In this document: positions 39,144-48,877 of the stretch, one piece after another | Position numbering within the stretch: the first letter of the stretch is position 1 | How the letters are laid out: the number at the start of each line of letters is the position of its first letter | Assembly: GCA_937993755.1 (NCBI GenBank) | Contig: CALKMA010000006.1 | Span: 14,130-78,129 of the forward strand | Reading direction: 5' to 3' | Source of the DNA: an uncultured Faecalibacterium sp. | Lineage (GTDB): Bacteria; Bacillota; Clostridia; Oscillospirales; Ruminococcaceae | DNA: 64,000 bases | Made by a program: the position numbers and the translations under genes | The notes under the pieces: generated by a model | The model's database searches: none | Seen by the model: the letters and a program-made list of their open reading frames with translations, nothing else | What the model was told of the DNA's origin: nothing

Positions 39144-40052
39144 ATGGACAATAAAAGCAGCGTTACCGCCCTGATGAGTGCGTTCGGGCGGGCGTATCAC
39201 GCGGAAAATGAAGAGCGGCCGGTGTTCCGGGATCACCTGGCAAGGGAGCTGATGAGCGAGGAGGAATACCGTGCGGTCCGGGACTATGTGCTCGGCGGCG
39301 CGCAGTTTTTTGAGCCGGATGCCGACCCGAAATGCTGCTGGCCGAAGGAGCTGCTCCGAAGGCTTGTGAACGTGCATATTGCGCCGTCGCCGCTCTGCCG
39401 CGCGGCCTATACGGAGGCGGCCTTGAAAACCGCCGTGCTGACCGGAGCCGAGCAGTATGTCATCCTCGGCGCGGGGCTTGATACCTTCGCGTTCCGTGAG
39501 ACCGGCCTTATGAGCCGGCTTCGCGTGTTTGAGGTGGATCATCCGCTGACGCAGGCCGACAAAAAGGAGCGGATCGCCCGTGTCGGCTGGACAGTGCCCG
39601 AAAATCTCGCCTTTGTCCCGGTCGATTTCACAAAGGACAGCCTTACGGAAAAGCTGCTCTCCCGCGGCTTCCGGCAAACGGCAAAGGCCTTCTTCTCATG
39701 GCTGGGGGTGACCTATTACCTCGCGCCGGAAACGATCGACAAAACGCTGGGTGAGCTTGCCGCTCTGGGCTCGGACGGCAGCACGCTGGTATTCGATTAC
39801 CCCGACGACGGCTTTTTCACCGCGCCCGAAAGGCGGGTGCAGAACACCCTCCTGATGGCGCAGGCGGGCGGCGAGGCGATGCAGTCGTCCTTTTCGTATT
39901 CCGAGCTGGAAAAGCTGCTGGAAAAGCATGGCTTCCTGATCTATGAGCTTCTGACGCCGGAGGACATTCAAAGGGAGCTCATCGACAGGAGCGGCGCGGA
40001 TATGAAGGCCCTTGAGCATGTCAACTACTGCCTTGCCGTGAAAAAGAAATAA
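39144..40052 (+). CDS. class I SAM-dependent methyltransferase, Ppm1/LCM-like (TIGR00027 family)
   Basis: Starts MDNKSSVTALMSAFGRAYH… with VILGAGLDTFAFR and EVDHP motifs. Confidence 0.7.
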   Translation: MDNKSSVTALMSAFGRAYHAENEERPVFRDHLARELMSEEEYRAVRDYVLGGAQFFEPDADPKCCWPKELLRRLVNVHIAPSPLCRAAYTEAALKTAVLTGAEQYVILGAGLDTFAFRETGLMSRLRVFEVDHPLTQADKKERIARVGWTVPENLAFVPVDFTKDSLTEKLLSRGFRQTAKAFFSWLGVTYYLAPETIDKTLGELAALGSDGSTLVFDYPDDGFFTAPERRVQNTLLMAQAGGEAMQSSFSYSELEKLLEKHGFLIYELLTPEDIQRELIDRSGADMKALEHVNYCLAVKKK

Positions 40053-40076
40053 GACGTTTTCAAAAAGGAGAAGCAA

Positions 40077-40565
40077 ATGAATAACAGGGCGTTGGTCGTG
40101 ATCGATCTTCAGAATGATATCACGAAGAATTACAGGGATATCATAGACAATGTAAACCGGGCCGTTGACTGGGCCGCCGGCGAGGCGATGGCGGTGCTCT
40201 ATATCCGCCACAACAACCTCTCCGCCGGCACAAGGACCTTCAAGCCCGATACGCACGGCGCCGCCTTTGTCCCGGAGCTGAAGCTCTCGTCGGAGCATAT
40301 TTTCACCAAAACGAAAAGCAATACCCTGACCAGCGAGGACTTTGCGGCTTTTATCCGGCAGAACGGCATCACCGGATTTTATGTTGCCGGGGCGGACGCC
40401 ACGGCCTGCATCAAATCCACCTGCTACAATATAGCGAAATCGGGCTATACCGTCCATGTGCTTTCGGACTGCATTACCAGCTACGACAAGAGCAGGCTCG
40501 GCGAGATGCTTGCCTATTACGCGGACAAGGGCTGCTCGGTCACAACGCTGGGAGAGCTGCTGTGA
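40077..40565 (+). CDS. isochorismatase family cysteine hydrolase
   Basis: 162 aa beginning MNNRALVVIDLQNDI…, with the catalytic Cys in GADATACIKSTC. Confidence 0.8.
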   Translation: MNNRALVVIDLQNDITKNYRDIIDNVNRAVDWAAGEAMAVLYIRHNNLSAGTRTFKPDTHGAAFVPELKLSSEHIFTKTKSNTLTSEDFAAFIRQNGITGFYVAGADATACIKSTCYNIAKSGYTVHVLSDCITSYDKSRLGEMLAYYADKGCSVTTLGELL

Positions 40566-41191
40566 AGCCGGCTGTTATCGACCCGAAGGCCACCGAACGG
40601 GCGGCGGCCTATGCCCTTTGGATGGACGCGCCGAATCCCATGGTGACCTTCTTCAAAACACTGGATGTCACCCCGCTGGTGAGGCTCAGCCGCAGGCGCG
40701 GCCTGAGGTTCAATATGCTGCTGTGCTGGTGCATCGGCAGGGCGGCCGGCGAGGTGAAGGAGTTCTATCTGCTTCCCGTCGGGCGCGAGCTGCTGCTCTA
40801 TGACACGCTGGCCGTGAACACCATCGTGAGGAACAAGCGCGGCGGGATCAGCTCCTGCGATGTGCCGTTCAGCCGGGAGCTTGCGCGGTTCAACGCCGAC
40901 TATCTGCGCCTGACGCGCGCGGCGGCCGAGCACTGTGAGGACCATGGCCTGACGGAGAGCATGGTCATCGGCACCTCGGCCATTATCGACACCGAGCTCG
41001 ACGGCGCGGTGGGCATGAACAGCGGCATTTTCAACAATCCCTTCCTCATCTGGGGCAGGTACCGCCGCGGCCTTATCAGAACCGCGCTGACGGTCTCCTT
41101 CCAGTTTCATCACACACAGATGGACGGCGCGCACGCGGGGCGTTTTCTGGCTCTCCTGCAGAAGCATATCGACGCGTGTAAAAAGGCATGA
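40562..41191 (+). CDS. type A chloramphenicol O-acetyltransferase family protein
   Basis: 209-aa ORF whose C-terminal FQFHHTQMDGAHAGRFL matches the CAT catalytic HHxxxDGxH motif. Confidence 0.75.
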   Translation: MKPAVIDPKATERAAAYALWMDAPNPMVTFFKTLDVTPLVRLSRRRGLRFNMLLCWCIGRAAGEVKEFYLLPVGRELLLYDTLAVNTIVRNKRGGISSCDVPFSRELARFNADYLRLTRAAAEHCEDHGLTESMVIGTSAIIDTELDGAVGMNSGIFNNPFLIWGRYRRGLIRTALTVSFQFHHTQMDGAHAGRFLALLQKHIDACKKA

Positions 41192-41526
41192 AGAAAGGAA
41201 CGGCTATGGCAACACGAAAAGAATATCTGAATTATGTCCTTGACCAGCTTTCCGGCGTGGAGGGCATTTCGCACCGCGCCATGATGGGCGAATATATCAT
41301 ATATCTGCGCGGCCGGGTTGCCGCTTATATCTGCGACGGCCGTCTGCTTGTAAAGCCGGTGGCCGCCGCGCGGGCGCTGCTGCCGGACGCGCCGCTGGAG
41401 CCGCCCTATCCGGGCGCGCGGGAAATGCTGCTTGTTGAGGATACCGATGACAGCGGATTTCTCCAGCGGCTGTTTGAGACGATCTATCCCGAACTGCCGG
41501 CGCCGGGGGAGAAGAAAAAGAAGTGA
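41188..41526 (+). CDS. TfoX/Sxy N-terminal domain protein
   Basis: 112 aa (…MGEYIIYLRGRVAAYICDGRLLVK…) of TfoX_N-like size and pattern. Confidence 0.5.
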   Translation: MKKGTAMATRKEYLNYVLDQLSGVEGISHRAMMGEYIIYLRGRVAAYICDGRLLVKPVAAARALLPDAPLEPPYPGAREMLLVEDTDDSGFLQRLFETIYPELPAPGEKKKK

Positions 41527-42140
41527 GCGCCAAGATACGGATCATTGACGACGACGCGGATATAGGCAATCTGGAGCAGGAGGTTCTGGAGCGGGCGGGC
41601 TACGCGGTGCTCCGCGCCTATTCCGGCACCGAGGCGCTGCTTCTGCTGAAGGATACCCCCCCCGATCTGATCCTGCTTGATCTGATGCTGCCGGGGCTGT
41701 CCGGCGAGGAGGTCCTGCCGCGGCTTCGCGGCATTCCCGTGATCGTGGTCAGCGCCAGGGCGGCCAAGGGGATCGAGTGGGAGCTGGAGCTGCCCCGCCA
41801 GACCTACTACGGCAGCGAGGCCCTGCTGGAGCAGGTCTGGGTCAATGTTCTTGACAACGCCGTCAAGCATTCTCCCGCGGGCGGCGGCATCGCGGTGGAG
41901 CTTTCCCGGTCGGACGGAGGTCTTGCGGTCTGCATCACCGATCACGGCGACGGAATGACCGAGGAGGTTCAGAAGCATATGTTTGAAAAGCTCTATCAGG
42001 GGGACAGCTCCCGCAAGGCAGAGGGCAGCGGACTGGGGCTGGCGCTGGTCAAGCGCATCATCGAGCTCTGCCGCGGCTCCATTGCGGTCGAGAGCACCCC
42101 CGGCCGCGGGACGGCTTTTACGGTGCGGCTTCCGCTGTAG
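41523..42140 (+). CDS. two-component system remnant: receiver (REC) N-terminal part fused in frame to histidine-kinase HATPase_c domain
   Basis: Residues 1-83 form REC beta1-beta4 (IIDDD…LLDLMLPGLSGEEVL…VIVVSA), followed directly by an N-box (NVLDNAVKHSP), G1 (DHGDGM) and G2 (GSGLGLALV); no DNA-binding or HisKA/DHp region is present. Confidence 0.7.
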   Translation: MSAKIRIIDDDADIGNLEQEVLERAGYAVLRAYSGTEALLLLKDTPPDLILLDLMLPGLSGEEVLPRLRGIPVIVVSARAAKGIEWELELPRQTYYGSEALLEQVWVNVLDNAVKHSPAGGGIAVELSRSDGGLAVCITDHGDGMTEEVQKHMFEKLYQGDSSRKAEGSGLGLALVKRIIELCRGSIAVESTPGRGTAFTVRLPL

Positions 42141-42203
42141 TTTACCGTGCGTTGTCCTTGCTGTGTTAGAATGGCATCAACTGAATTTGGGAGGAATGAT
42201 TTT

Positions 42204-42854
42204 ATGGATATTTTGGAAGTCATGAGGCAGCGCCACAGCGTCCGCCAGTATACCGACAGGCCGATCGGGCCGGAGGAGCGCCGCGCGCTTGATATGCTGG
42301 CGGCGGAGATCAACGACAGTCAGGGGCTGCACATCCAGATCTTCTACGATGAACCGGGCTGCTTCGATTCGGCCATGGCGCGCTACGGCAAGTTTTCCGG
42401 CGTGAGGAATTATATCTCGCTCGTCGGCCCTAAGACAAAAGAGCTGGAGGAAACGCTTGGCTACTACGGCGAGCAGCTCGTCCTGCGGGCGCAGGAGCCG
42501 GGCCTTCATACCTGCTGGGTGGCGCTGACCCACGGAAAGAGCCGCGCCGAGGTGGGCCGCGGAGAAAAGGAGGTCTGCCTGATCGCCCTCGGCTATGGCA
42601 GCACGGCCGGCGTCCCGCACGAAAGCAAGCCGCTCAGCCAGCTTTGCCGTTACAGCGACGACCTGCCGGAATGGTTCCTGAAGGGCATGGAGGCCGCAAG
42701 CCTTGCGCCGACGGCCATGAACCAGCAGAAATTCTTCTTTGAGCTGCTGCCGACCGGCCGTGTCGGGGCGACCCCCGGCAAGGGCTTTTATACAAAGCTC
42801 GATCCCGGCATTGCGGTGTATCATTTTGAGGCGGCCGCAGGCCGGGCGCTTTAA
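42204..42854 (+). CDS. nitroreductase family protein
   Basis: Starts MDILEVMRQRHSVRQYTDRPI… after a GGGAGG RBS. Confidence 0.8.
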   Translation: MDILEVMRQRHSVRQYTDRPIGPEERRALDMLAAEINDSQGLHIQIFYDEPGCFDSAMARYGKFSGVRNYISLVGPKTKELEETLGYYGEQLVLRAQEPGLHTCWVALTHGKSRAEVGRGEKEVCLIALGYGSTAGVPHESKPLSQLCRYSDDLPEWFLKGMEAASLAPTAMNQQKFFFELLPTGRVGATPGKGFYTKLDPGIAVYHFEAAAGRAL

Positions 42855-43430
42855 CGCCGCGGAGCAGGGAGCATCTTCAGGCAGCGGTTTTCTCTCTTTC
42901 GCCGCCGGAAAGCCGACCGCTCTTTATACAGGCCCGCCGCAGCGCCGTTCGGCGCCGCGGCGGGTCTGCTGTATGGAAAAAAGCGTTTATCTGCCGCCCG
43001 AAAACGCCTGCGTCGGCTTGCTTTGCGGCCGATCGCTCCGGCGCTCATGCCGCAAATGGAGGGAAAGAAGGATATCATATCGGCTTGGAGCGCACGCGGA
43101 TTTACGGGCACTCAGGGCATGGCGGCAGGGGAGGGGGGAACGGCTCGCCGCCTGCCGGACGCCGCGGATGGGAAGAAGGCCGGCCTGCCTGCTCAGGCAA
43201 TGCGGCGCTGCGCCGGCGGCCGCGAGAGACGCCGGGGAGATCGGGGGCAAGCCGGCTCTGCGCCACGCCCGTCGTGAGAGACGGCAGGCAGCAGCGGAAA
43301 ATTACGCGCGGCCCTGCCCTCTTACCGCGTGAGACGAGGGGCGGGCGCTCCGGCTCTGCCGGTCAAGTCTCCTGCCGCGCGTACATCGGGCCGCGGCACG
43401 GCCAAATATAAAGCTTTATCCACGGCGGGC

Positions 43431-43459
43431 TTGCATTCTCAACAGAGGCGGCCTAGAAT
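43431..43459 (+). promoter_or_regulatory. candidate sigma70 promoter of EamA transporter gene
   Basis: TTGCAT-17 nt-TAGAAT; this argues for the downstream ATG at 43566 (RBS AAGGTGG) rather than the extended ORF start. Confidence 0.35.
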
Positions 43460-43565
43460 GAAAGAAACAAGAGGCACTCAAAGACTCAAGGAGCAGCTGC
43501 TCCGCCGCCCGGAAAGCGACCTCCTGCATGACGCTTCAGATAAGACAGAGAGCAAGGTGGAACAT

Positions 43566-44438
43566 ATGTGGGTATTATTTGCGTTCGGGTCGGCATTATT
43601 TGCCGGACTCACGGCCGTTCTTGCCAAATGCGGCATACGAAAGACCAATTCTGATGTGGCCACGGCCATCCGCACCATCATTGTGCTGATTTTTTCGTGG
43701 CTCATGGTGTGGATCGTCGGCTCGGCACCGACGATAACGGAGCTGTCGGCCAGAACATGGCTGTTTCTCATCCTTTCGGGATTGGTCACCGGCGCCTCGT
43801 GGCTCTGCTATTTCAAGGCCCTGCAGCTGGGGGATGTCAACAAGGTCGTGCCCATCGACAAATCCAGCACGGTGCTGACCATTCTGCTGGCTCTCATCGT
43901 TCTGAACGAAAAGGTCACATGGCTCAAGGGCTGCGCCGTCGTTCTCATCGGCGTCGGCACGGTGCTGATGATCGAAAAGAAGCCGTCGGCAGGGGAGAAG
44001 CCCAGGGGGCGGGGCTGGATGATCTACGCGCTGCTTTCCGCCGTCTTTGCCAGCCTGACCTCCATTCTCGGCAAGCTCGGCATCGAAGGCGTCGAGTCCA
44101 ACCTCGGCACGGCCATCCGCACCGGCGTGGTGCTGCTTATGGCCTGGCTCATCGTCTTTATCAAGGGGGAGCAGCATACGCTGCGGCAGATCCCGCGCCG
44201 CGAGCTGTGCTTCATCTGCCTGTCCGGTCTGGCCACCGGCGGCTCGTGGCTGTGCTATTATAAGGCGCTTCAGGACGGCCTTGCCAGCGTTGTGGTGCCC
44301 ATCGACAAGCTGAGTATTCTGGTTTCGATCGGCTTCTCGGCGCTTGTTTTCAAGGAGCGCCTGTCGGCCAAAGCGGCGATCGGGCTTGTGCTTATCGTCG
44401 CGGGGACGCTGCTGATGCTGGTAAAGCTGCCGGCCTGA
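43566..44438 (+). CDS. EamA family (DMT superfamily) transporter
   Basis: 290 aa with ten TM helices in two EamA repeats. Confidence 0.8.
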   Translation: MWVLFAFGSALFAGLTAVLAKCGIRKTNSDVATAIRTIIVLIFSWLMVWIVGSAPTITELSARTWLFLILSGLVTGASWLCYFKALQLGDVNKVVPIDKSSTVLTILLALIVLNEKVTWLKGCAVVLIGVGTVLMIEKKPSAGEKPRGRGWMIYALLSAVFASLTSILGKLGIEGVESNLGTAIRTGVVLLMAWLIVFIKGEQHTLRQIPRRELCFICLSGLATGGSWLCYYKALQDGLASVVVPIDKLSILVSIGFSALVFKERLSAKAAIGLVLIVAGTLLMLVKLPA

Positions 44439-44580
44439 GCGTCCTTCTCCTTCCGGCCTGAGGAAACAGGGCGGGCGGCGCGGCTCATGGCCGCGCCTGC
44501 CCGGTCTGCTGAAAGCAGGATACCGCAGGGTGCGGCCGGCAGCGGCGCGGCCCTGCCCCCGTTTGTTGGGGCGGATAAGG

Positions 44581-44622
44581 AAAAAGCCGGACAGGGAAGC
44601 GTTGCTTCCCTGTCCGGTTTCG
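44581..44622. terminator. bidirectional rho-independent terminator between convergent eamA-like gene and pckA
   Basis: A 14-bp stem (gccggacagggaag/cttccctgtccggt) flanked by AAAAA and TTT. Confidence 0.65.
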
Positions 44623-44686
44623 TATGTCTGTCAGCGGGCCGCCGTGAGGCGGCGGGCTTTTCGGGCGGGCGCTTGGGCAGCTGTGC

Positions 44687-46297
44687 TTACAGCTGCGGGC
44701 CGGCGGCCACCAGCGCCTTGCCGGCTTCATTGCCCTCATACTTGGCAAAGTTCTTGATAAAGCGGGAGGCGAGATCCTTGGCCTTCTCTTCCCAGACAGA
44801 GGCGTCGGCATAGGTGTCGCGCGGATCGAGGATCTCGGTGGCGACGCCGTTGAGCTCGGTGGGTACTTCAAAGTTGAAGTAGGAGATGGTCTTGGTCGGG
44901 GCCTTGTTGATATCGCCCGACAGGATGGCGTCAATGATGCCGCGGGTATCCTTGATGGAGATGCGCTTGCCGGTGCCGTTCCAGCCGGTGTTGACCAGAT
45001 AGGCCTTCGCGCCGCTCTTTTCCATTTTCTTGACCAGCTCCTCGGCGTACTTCGTCGGATGCAGCTCGAGGAACGCCTGACCGAAGCAGGCGGAGAAGGT
45101 CGGGGTCGGCTCGGTGATGCCGCGCTCGGTGCCGGCCAGCTTGGCGGTGAAGCCCGACAGGAAGTAATACTTGGTCTGCTCCGGGGTCAGGATGGAAACA
45201 GGGGGCAGCACGCCGAAGGCGTCGGCCGACAGGAAGATGACCTGCTTGGCATCGGGGGCCGAGGAAACGGGCCGCACGATATTTTCGATGTGATAGATGG
45301 GGTAGGAAACGCGGGTGTTCTCGGTAACGCTCTTGTCGGCGAAATCGATCTTGCCGTCGGCGTCAAGCGTGACGTTTTCGAGCAGGGCGTTGCGCTTGAT
45401 GGCGTTGTAGATGTCAGGCTCGGAATCCTTGTCAAGATTGATGACCTTGGCATAGCAGCCGCCCTCGAAATTGAAGACGCCGTTGTCGTCCCAGCCGTGC
45501 TCATCGTCGCCGACCAGCAGGCGCTTGGGATCAGTCGAAAGGGTGGTCTTGCCGGTGCCGGAAAGGCCGAAGAAAATGGCGGTATTCTTGCCGTCGAGGT
45601 CGGTGTTGGCCGAGCAGTGCATCGAAGCCATGCCCTTGAGCGGCAGATAGTAGTTCATCATCGAGAACATGCCCTTCTTCATCTCGCCGCCGTACCAGGT
45701 GTTGAGGATGACCTGCTCGCGCGAGGTGATGTTGAAGGCCACGCAGGTCTCGGAATTGAGGCCGAGCTCCTTGTAATGATCGACCTTCGCCTTGGAGGCG
45801 GTGTAAACCACGAAGTCCGGTTCAAAGGTCTTGAGCTCCTCCTCGGTCGGGCGGATGAACATATTCTTGACGAAGTGAGCCTGCCAGGCGACCTCCATCA
45901 CAAAGCGGATGGCCATGCGGGTGTCATGGTTGGCGCCGCAGTAGGCGTCCATCACGAACAGACGCTTGCCGGAAAGCTCCTTCTGCGCCAGCGCCTTGAC
46001 GGCCTTCCAGGTATCCTCCGACATGGGATGGTTGTCGTTCTTGTACTCGTCAGAGGTCCACCAAACGGTGTCCTTGGAGTTCTCGTCCATGACGATATAC
46101 TTATCTTTGGGGGAACGGCCGGTGAAGATGCCGGTCATTACGTTGACGGCGCCAAGCTCGCTGACCTGACCCTTTTCATAACCCTCAAGACCGGGCTTGG
46201 TCTCTTCTTCGAACAGCAGTTCGTAAGAGGGATTGTGGATGATCTCGGTGGCACCGGTGATGCCGTACTTGCTCAGATCCAATTCTGCCATTTTCAT
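44687..46297 (-). CDS. pckA: phosphoenolpyruvate carboxykinase (ATP)
   Basis: Starts [15 protein letters not shown]… after an AAGGGAG RBS; kinase motifs GLSGTGKTT and HCSAN; ~536 aa. Confidence 0.9.
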   Translation of the reverse strand: MKMAELDLSKYGITGATEIIHNPSYELLFEEETKPGLEGYEKGQVSELGAVNVMTGIFTGRSPKDKYIVMDENSKDTVWWTSDEYKNDNHPMSEDTWKAVKALAQKELSGKRLFVMDAYCGANHDTRMAIRFVMEVAWQAHFVKNMFIRPTEEELKTFEPDFVVYTASKAKVDHYKELGLNSETCVAFNITSREQVILNTWYGGEMKKGMFSMMNYYLPLKGMASMHCSANTDLDGKNTAIFFGLSGTGKTTLSTDPKRLLVGDDEHGWDDNGVFNFEGGCYAKVINLDKDSEPDIYNAIKRNALLENVTLDADGKIDFADKSVTENTRVSYPIYHIENIVRPVSSAPDAKQVIFLSADAFGVLPPVSILTPEQTKYYFLSGFTAKLAGTERGITEPTPTFSACFGQAFLELHPTKYAEELVKKMEKSGAKAYLVNTGWNGTGKRISIKDTRGIIDAILSGDINKAPTKTISYFNFEVPTELNGVATEILDPRDTYADASVWEEKAKDLASRFIKNFAKYEGNEAGKALVAAGPQL

Positions 46298-46956
46298 AGC
46301 TCCCTTACATATTACTATTTTTAGCTGTACGGGGCCGCTTCTTCGGTAAGGCTCTGCCTCACGAGAGCGCCTGCGCACCACCGAAAAGGGCGGGGACAGC
46401 GCCTCGTGCATGACGGGCTTTGCCGAAGAAACAGAGCTTTCCGGGTGGAAACCCCTTGTTCCCCACACTAACTGTTACCATGATAAAACCCCGGCGGCGC
46501 AAAGTCAAGAGTGCAAATAAAATTTCCGCAAAATCACTTATGAAGGGAGGCTTTTCACGGCAAAATTTGTTTATTTTTTGTCAATTGCCGCGCGGCGGCC
46601 GGCAAAGACAGAAGACCGCCCCCCGATTTGCGGGAGTTGTCTTGGCGATCGGAGCAGCCTGCCCCGGCGCCGCCTCATCCCGGCGGGCGGCAGGGCATGA
46701 AGACGGCATATCACTGCATAAGCCGCCGGCGGAGTACGGGACGGCCTCTGTTCAAGGCGGCCCCCGTTTTTATCTGCTTTCTCCGGCGTTTATGGGCGGC
46801 TTTTTCCGGCCGGCGCCTGTTCCTTCAGGTAGCGGCGGATGATATCATTCGGGCCTGCCCGCGCTGTTGCACCGCGCGGCCGCGTATGTTATACTGTTGA
46901 AAAAGAGAACAGCGGCGGCGCGGTACCGATGCCGGCCGCCTTTGGGAGGAAATGAC

Positions 46957-47253
46957 ATGAGCCTGACGGTCAATCTGTATTACACGGGGCGCGACGGCAG
47001 CGCCCGCGAATTCGTGCGGGAGATGGTCGCATCCGGCCTGCTCGACCGCGTCCGCGCCGAGGAGGGCAACGAGAGGTACGAATACTTCTTTCCAATGGAC
47101 GACCCGGAAACGGTGCTGCTCATCGACCGCTGGCACGACCAGGCGGCGCTCGATGCCCATCACCGCTCGCCCATGATGGCCGAGATTGCGGCGCTGCGCG
47201 ACAAGCACCGGCTGCGCCTGCGCGTTGAGCGATACGGGGATTATAAGGAATAG
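46957..47253 (+). CDS. antibiotic biosynthesis monooxygenase (ABM) family protein
   Basis: 98-aa MSLTVNLYYTGRDGSAREFVREMV… ferredoxin-like ABM fold; RBS GGGAGG. Confidence 0.6.
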   Translation: MSLTVNLYYTGRDGSAREFVREMVASGLLDRVRAEEGNERYEYFFPMDDPETVLLIDRWHDQAALDAHHRSPMMAEIAALRDKHRLRLRVERYGDYKE

Positions 47254-47293
47254 CGCGGGCCGCCGCTCCTGACGGGTATGACAGCAGCCCGTC

Positions 47294-47700
47294 CTGCGCG
47301 GCCGGCGGCGCTGACAGCCGCCGAAAATCAGGACAATCGCGTTGTGCCGGTCGGGCGCGGCCCGCGCCGGGCCTGGCCGCCGCACGATATGCGGCAGGCA
47401 GCCGGACGGGTCTTTTTCCGGCGAAAAGGAAGATGATATGGACGTTATAGTGATCGGCGGCGGGACCGCCGGCATGATGGCGGCGCTGACAGCCGCCGAA
47501 AATCAGGACAATCGCGTTGCGCCGGTCGGGCGCGGCCCGCGCCGGGCCTGGCCGCCGCACGATATGCGGCAGGCAGCCGGACGGGTCTTTTTCCGGCGAA
47601 AAGGAAGATGATATGGACGTTATAGTGATCGGCGGCGGGGCCGCCGGCATGATGGCGGCGCTGACAGCCGCCGAAAATCAGGACAATCGCGTTGTGCTGG
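47294..47700. repeat. tandem duplication (175-bp unit, ~2.3 copies) of the RBS + 5' coding end of the downstream flavoprotein gene
   Basis: aaaaggaagatgatATGgacgttatagtgatcggcggcggg… occurs at 47424-47470 and 47599-47645; a partial copy starts ~47294; the copies differ by 2-3 SNPs. Confidence 0.85.
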
Positions 47701-48836
47701 TCGAGCGCGGCCCGCGCCTGGGGCGCAAGCTCGCCGTGACCGGCAACGGGCGCTGCAACCTTGCCAACCGCGAGCTCTCGCCGGCGCGCTATCACGGCCG
47801 GCAGCCCGCGTTTGTCCGCCCGGCGCTGGGCGCCTTCGGCGTGGAGGCGACGCTGGCCTTTTTCCGCGGGCTGGGACTGGTGACGGTGACCGAGCCGTCG
47901 GGGCGTGTCTATCCGCATTCCGATCAGGCGGGGAGCGTCGTCGATGTGCTGCGGCTGGCGCTGGCCGGCAGGGGTGTGACGGTGCTGACCGACAGCCCTG
48001 TGACGGAGGCCGTCCGCCGGGACGGCTGCTTTTCTGTGACGGCAGCCGGCCGCACGCTGAAGGCCGACCGCCTTATCATCGCCTGCGGCGGCGCGGCAGG
48101 CACGCGCGCCGGCGGCTGCATGGACGGCTACCGTCTGCTTGCCGCCTTTGGACACAGCTGTACGCCGCTGCTGCCCTCGCTGGTGCAGCTCAAAACCGAC
48201 AACGCCTTTACCCGCCCGCTCAAGGGGGTGCGCGCCGTCGCCGCCGTGGCCGTTGAGCAGGGCGGGCGGGTGCTTGCGCGGTCGCGGGGCGAGGTGCAGT
48301 TCACCGATTACGGCGTCAGCGGGCCGGCAGTCTTTGATATCGCGCGCGCCGCCGTGTCGGCGGGCACCGGGGCCGCCGTCGCTCTTGATCTGCTGCCGCA
48401 GCTGGACGAGGCCGAGCTGCTGGCGCTGCTGGCGGCGCGAAAGCAGGCCGGCCTGACGGCGGAAAACCTGCTGACGGGCATTCTGCACAACAAGCTGGGG
48501 CGCACCGTTGTGACCTCGCTTGGCATTTCACTGGCCGCGCCTGTTTCAGAGCTGGCCGAGGGGCAGCTCGCAGCCGTCGCCCGGCACGTCAAGCGCACGG
48601 TCCTGCCGGTGACCGGCAGCCTCGGCATGGAGGGCGCACAGGTGACGGCGGGCGGCGTTTCGACCGCTGAATTTGATGAAAACACCATGCGGAGCCGCCT
48701 GGTTCCTGGGCTTTATGCCGCCGGCGAGGTGCTGGATATCGACGGTGACTGCGGCGGCTACAACCTGCAGTGGGCGTGGTCGAGCGGCCGTCTGGCCGGC
48801 CGGCTGCTGGAGCGGGGGACGGCGGCGGAGCAGTGA
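47613..48836 (+). CDS. HI0933/BaiN-like NAD(P)/FAD-dependent oxidoreductase
   Basis: 407 aa beginning MDVIVIGGGAAGMMAALTAAE… with Rossmann GxGxxG; HI0933-like family. Confidence 0.8.
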   Translation: MDVIVIGGGAAGMMAALTAAENQDNRVVLVERGPRLGRKLAVTGNGRCNLANRELSPARYHGRQPAFVRPALGAFGVEATLAFFRGLGLVTVTEPSGRVYPHSDQAGSVVDVLRLALAGRGVTVLTDSPVTEAVRRDGCFSVTAAGRTLKADRLIIACGGAAGTRAGGCMDGYRLLAAFGHSCTPLLPSLVQLKTDNAFTRPLKGVRAVAAVAVEQGGRVLARSRGEVQFTDYGVSGPAVFDIARAAVSAGTGAAVALDLLPQLDEAELLALLAARKQAGLTAENLLTGILHNKLGRTVVTSLGISLAAPVSELAEGQLAAVARHVKRTVLPVTGSLGMEGAQVTAGGVSTAEFDENTMRSRLVPGLYAAGEVLDIDGDCGGYNLQWAWSSGRLAGRLLERGTAAEQ

Positions 48837-48877
48837 GGCGGCCCCATCGCCCGCCATTTCTTATTCAGGAGATTAAA

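Noticed and set aside
43329-43565. Upstream extension of the EamA transporter ORF (start at 43329 or 43458)
   Set aside because: A TTGCAT-17-TAGAAT promoter overlaps the 43458 ATG, so transcription probably starts downstream of it. The ATG at 43566 has a proper AAGGTGG RBS and begins the first TM helix.
47342-47640. N-terminally extended ORFs (47342-47611; 47517-48836) for the flavoprotein
   Set aside because: The extensions arise from read-through of duplicated leader copies. The genuine start is the ATG at 47613 with a GGAAG RBS, matching the conserved MDVIVIGGG Rossmann N-terminus.
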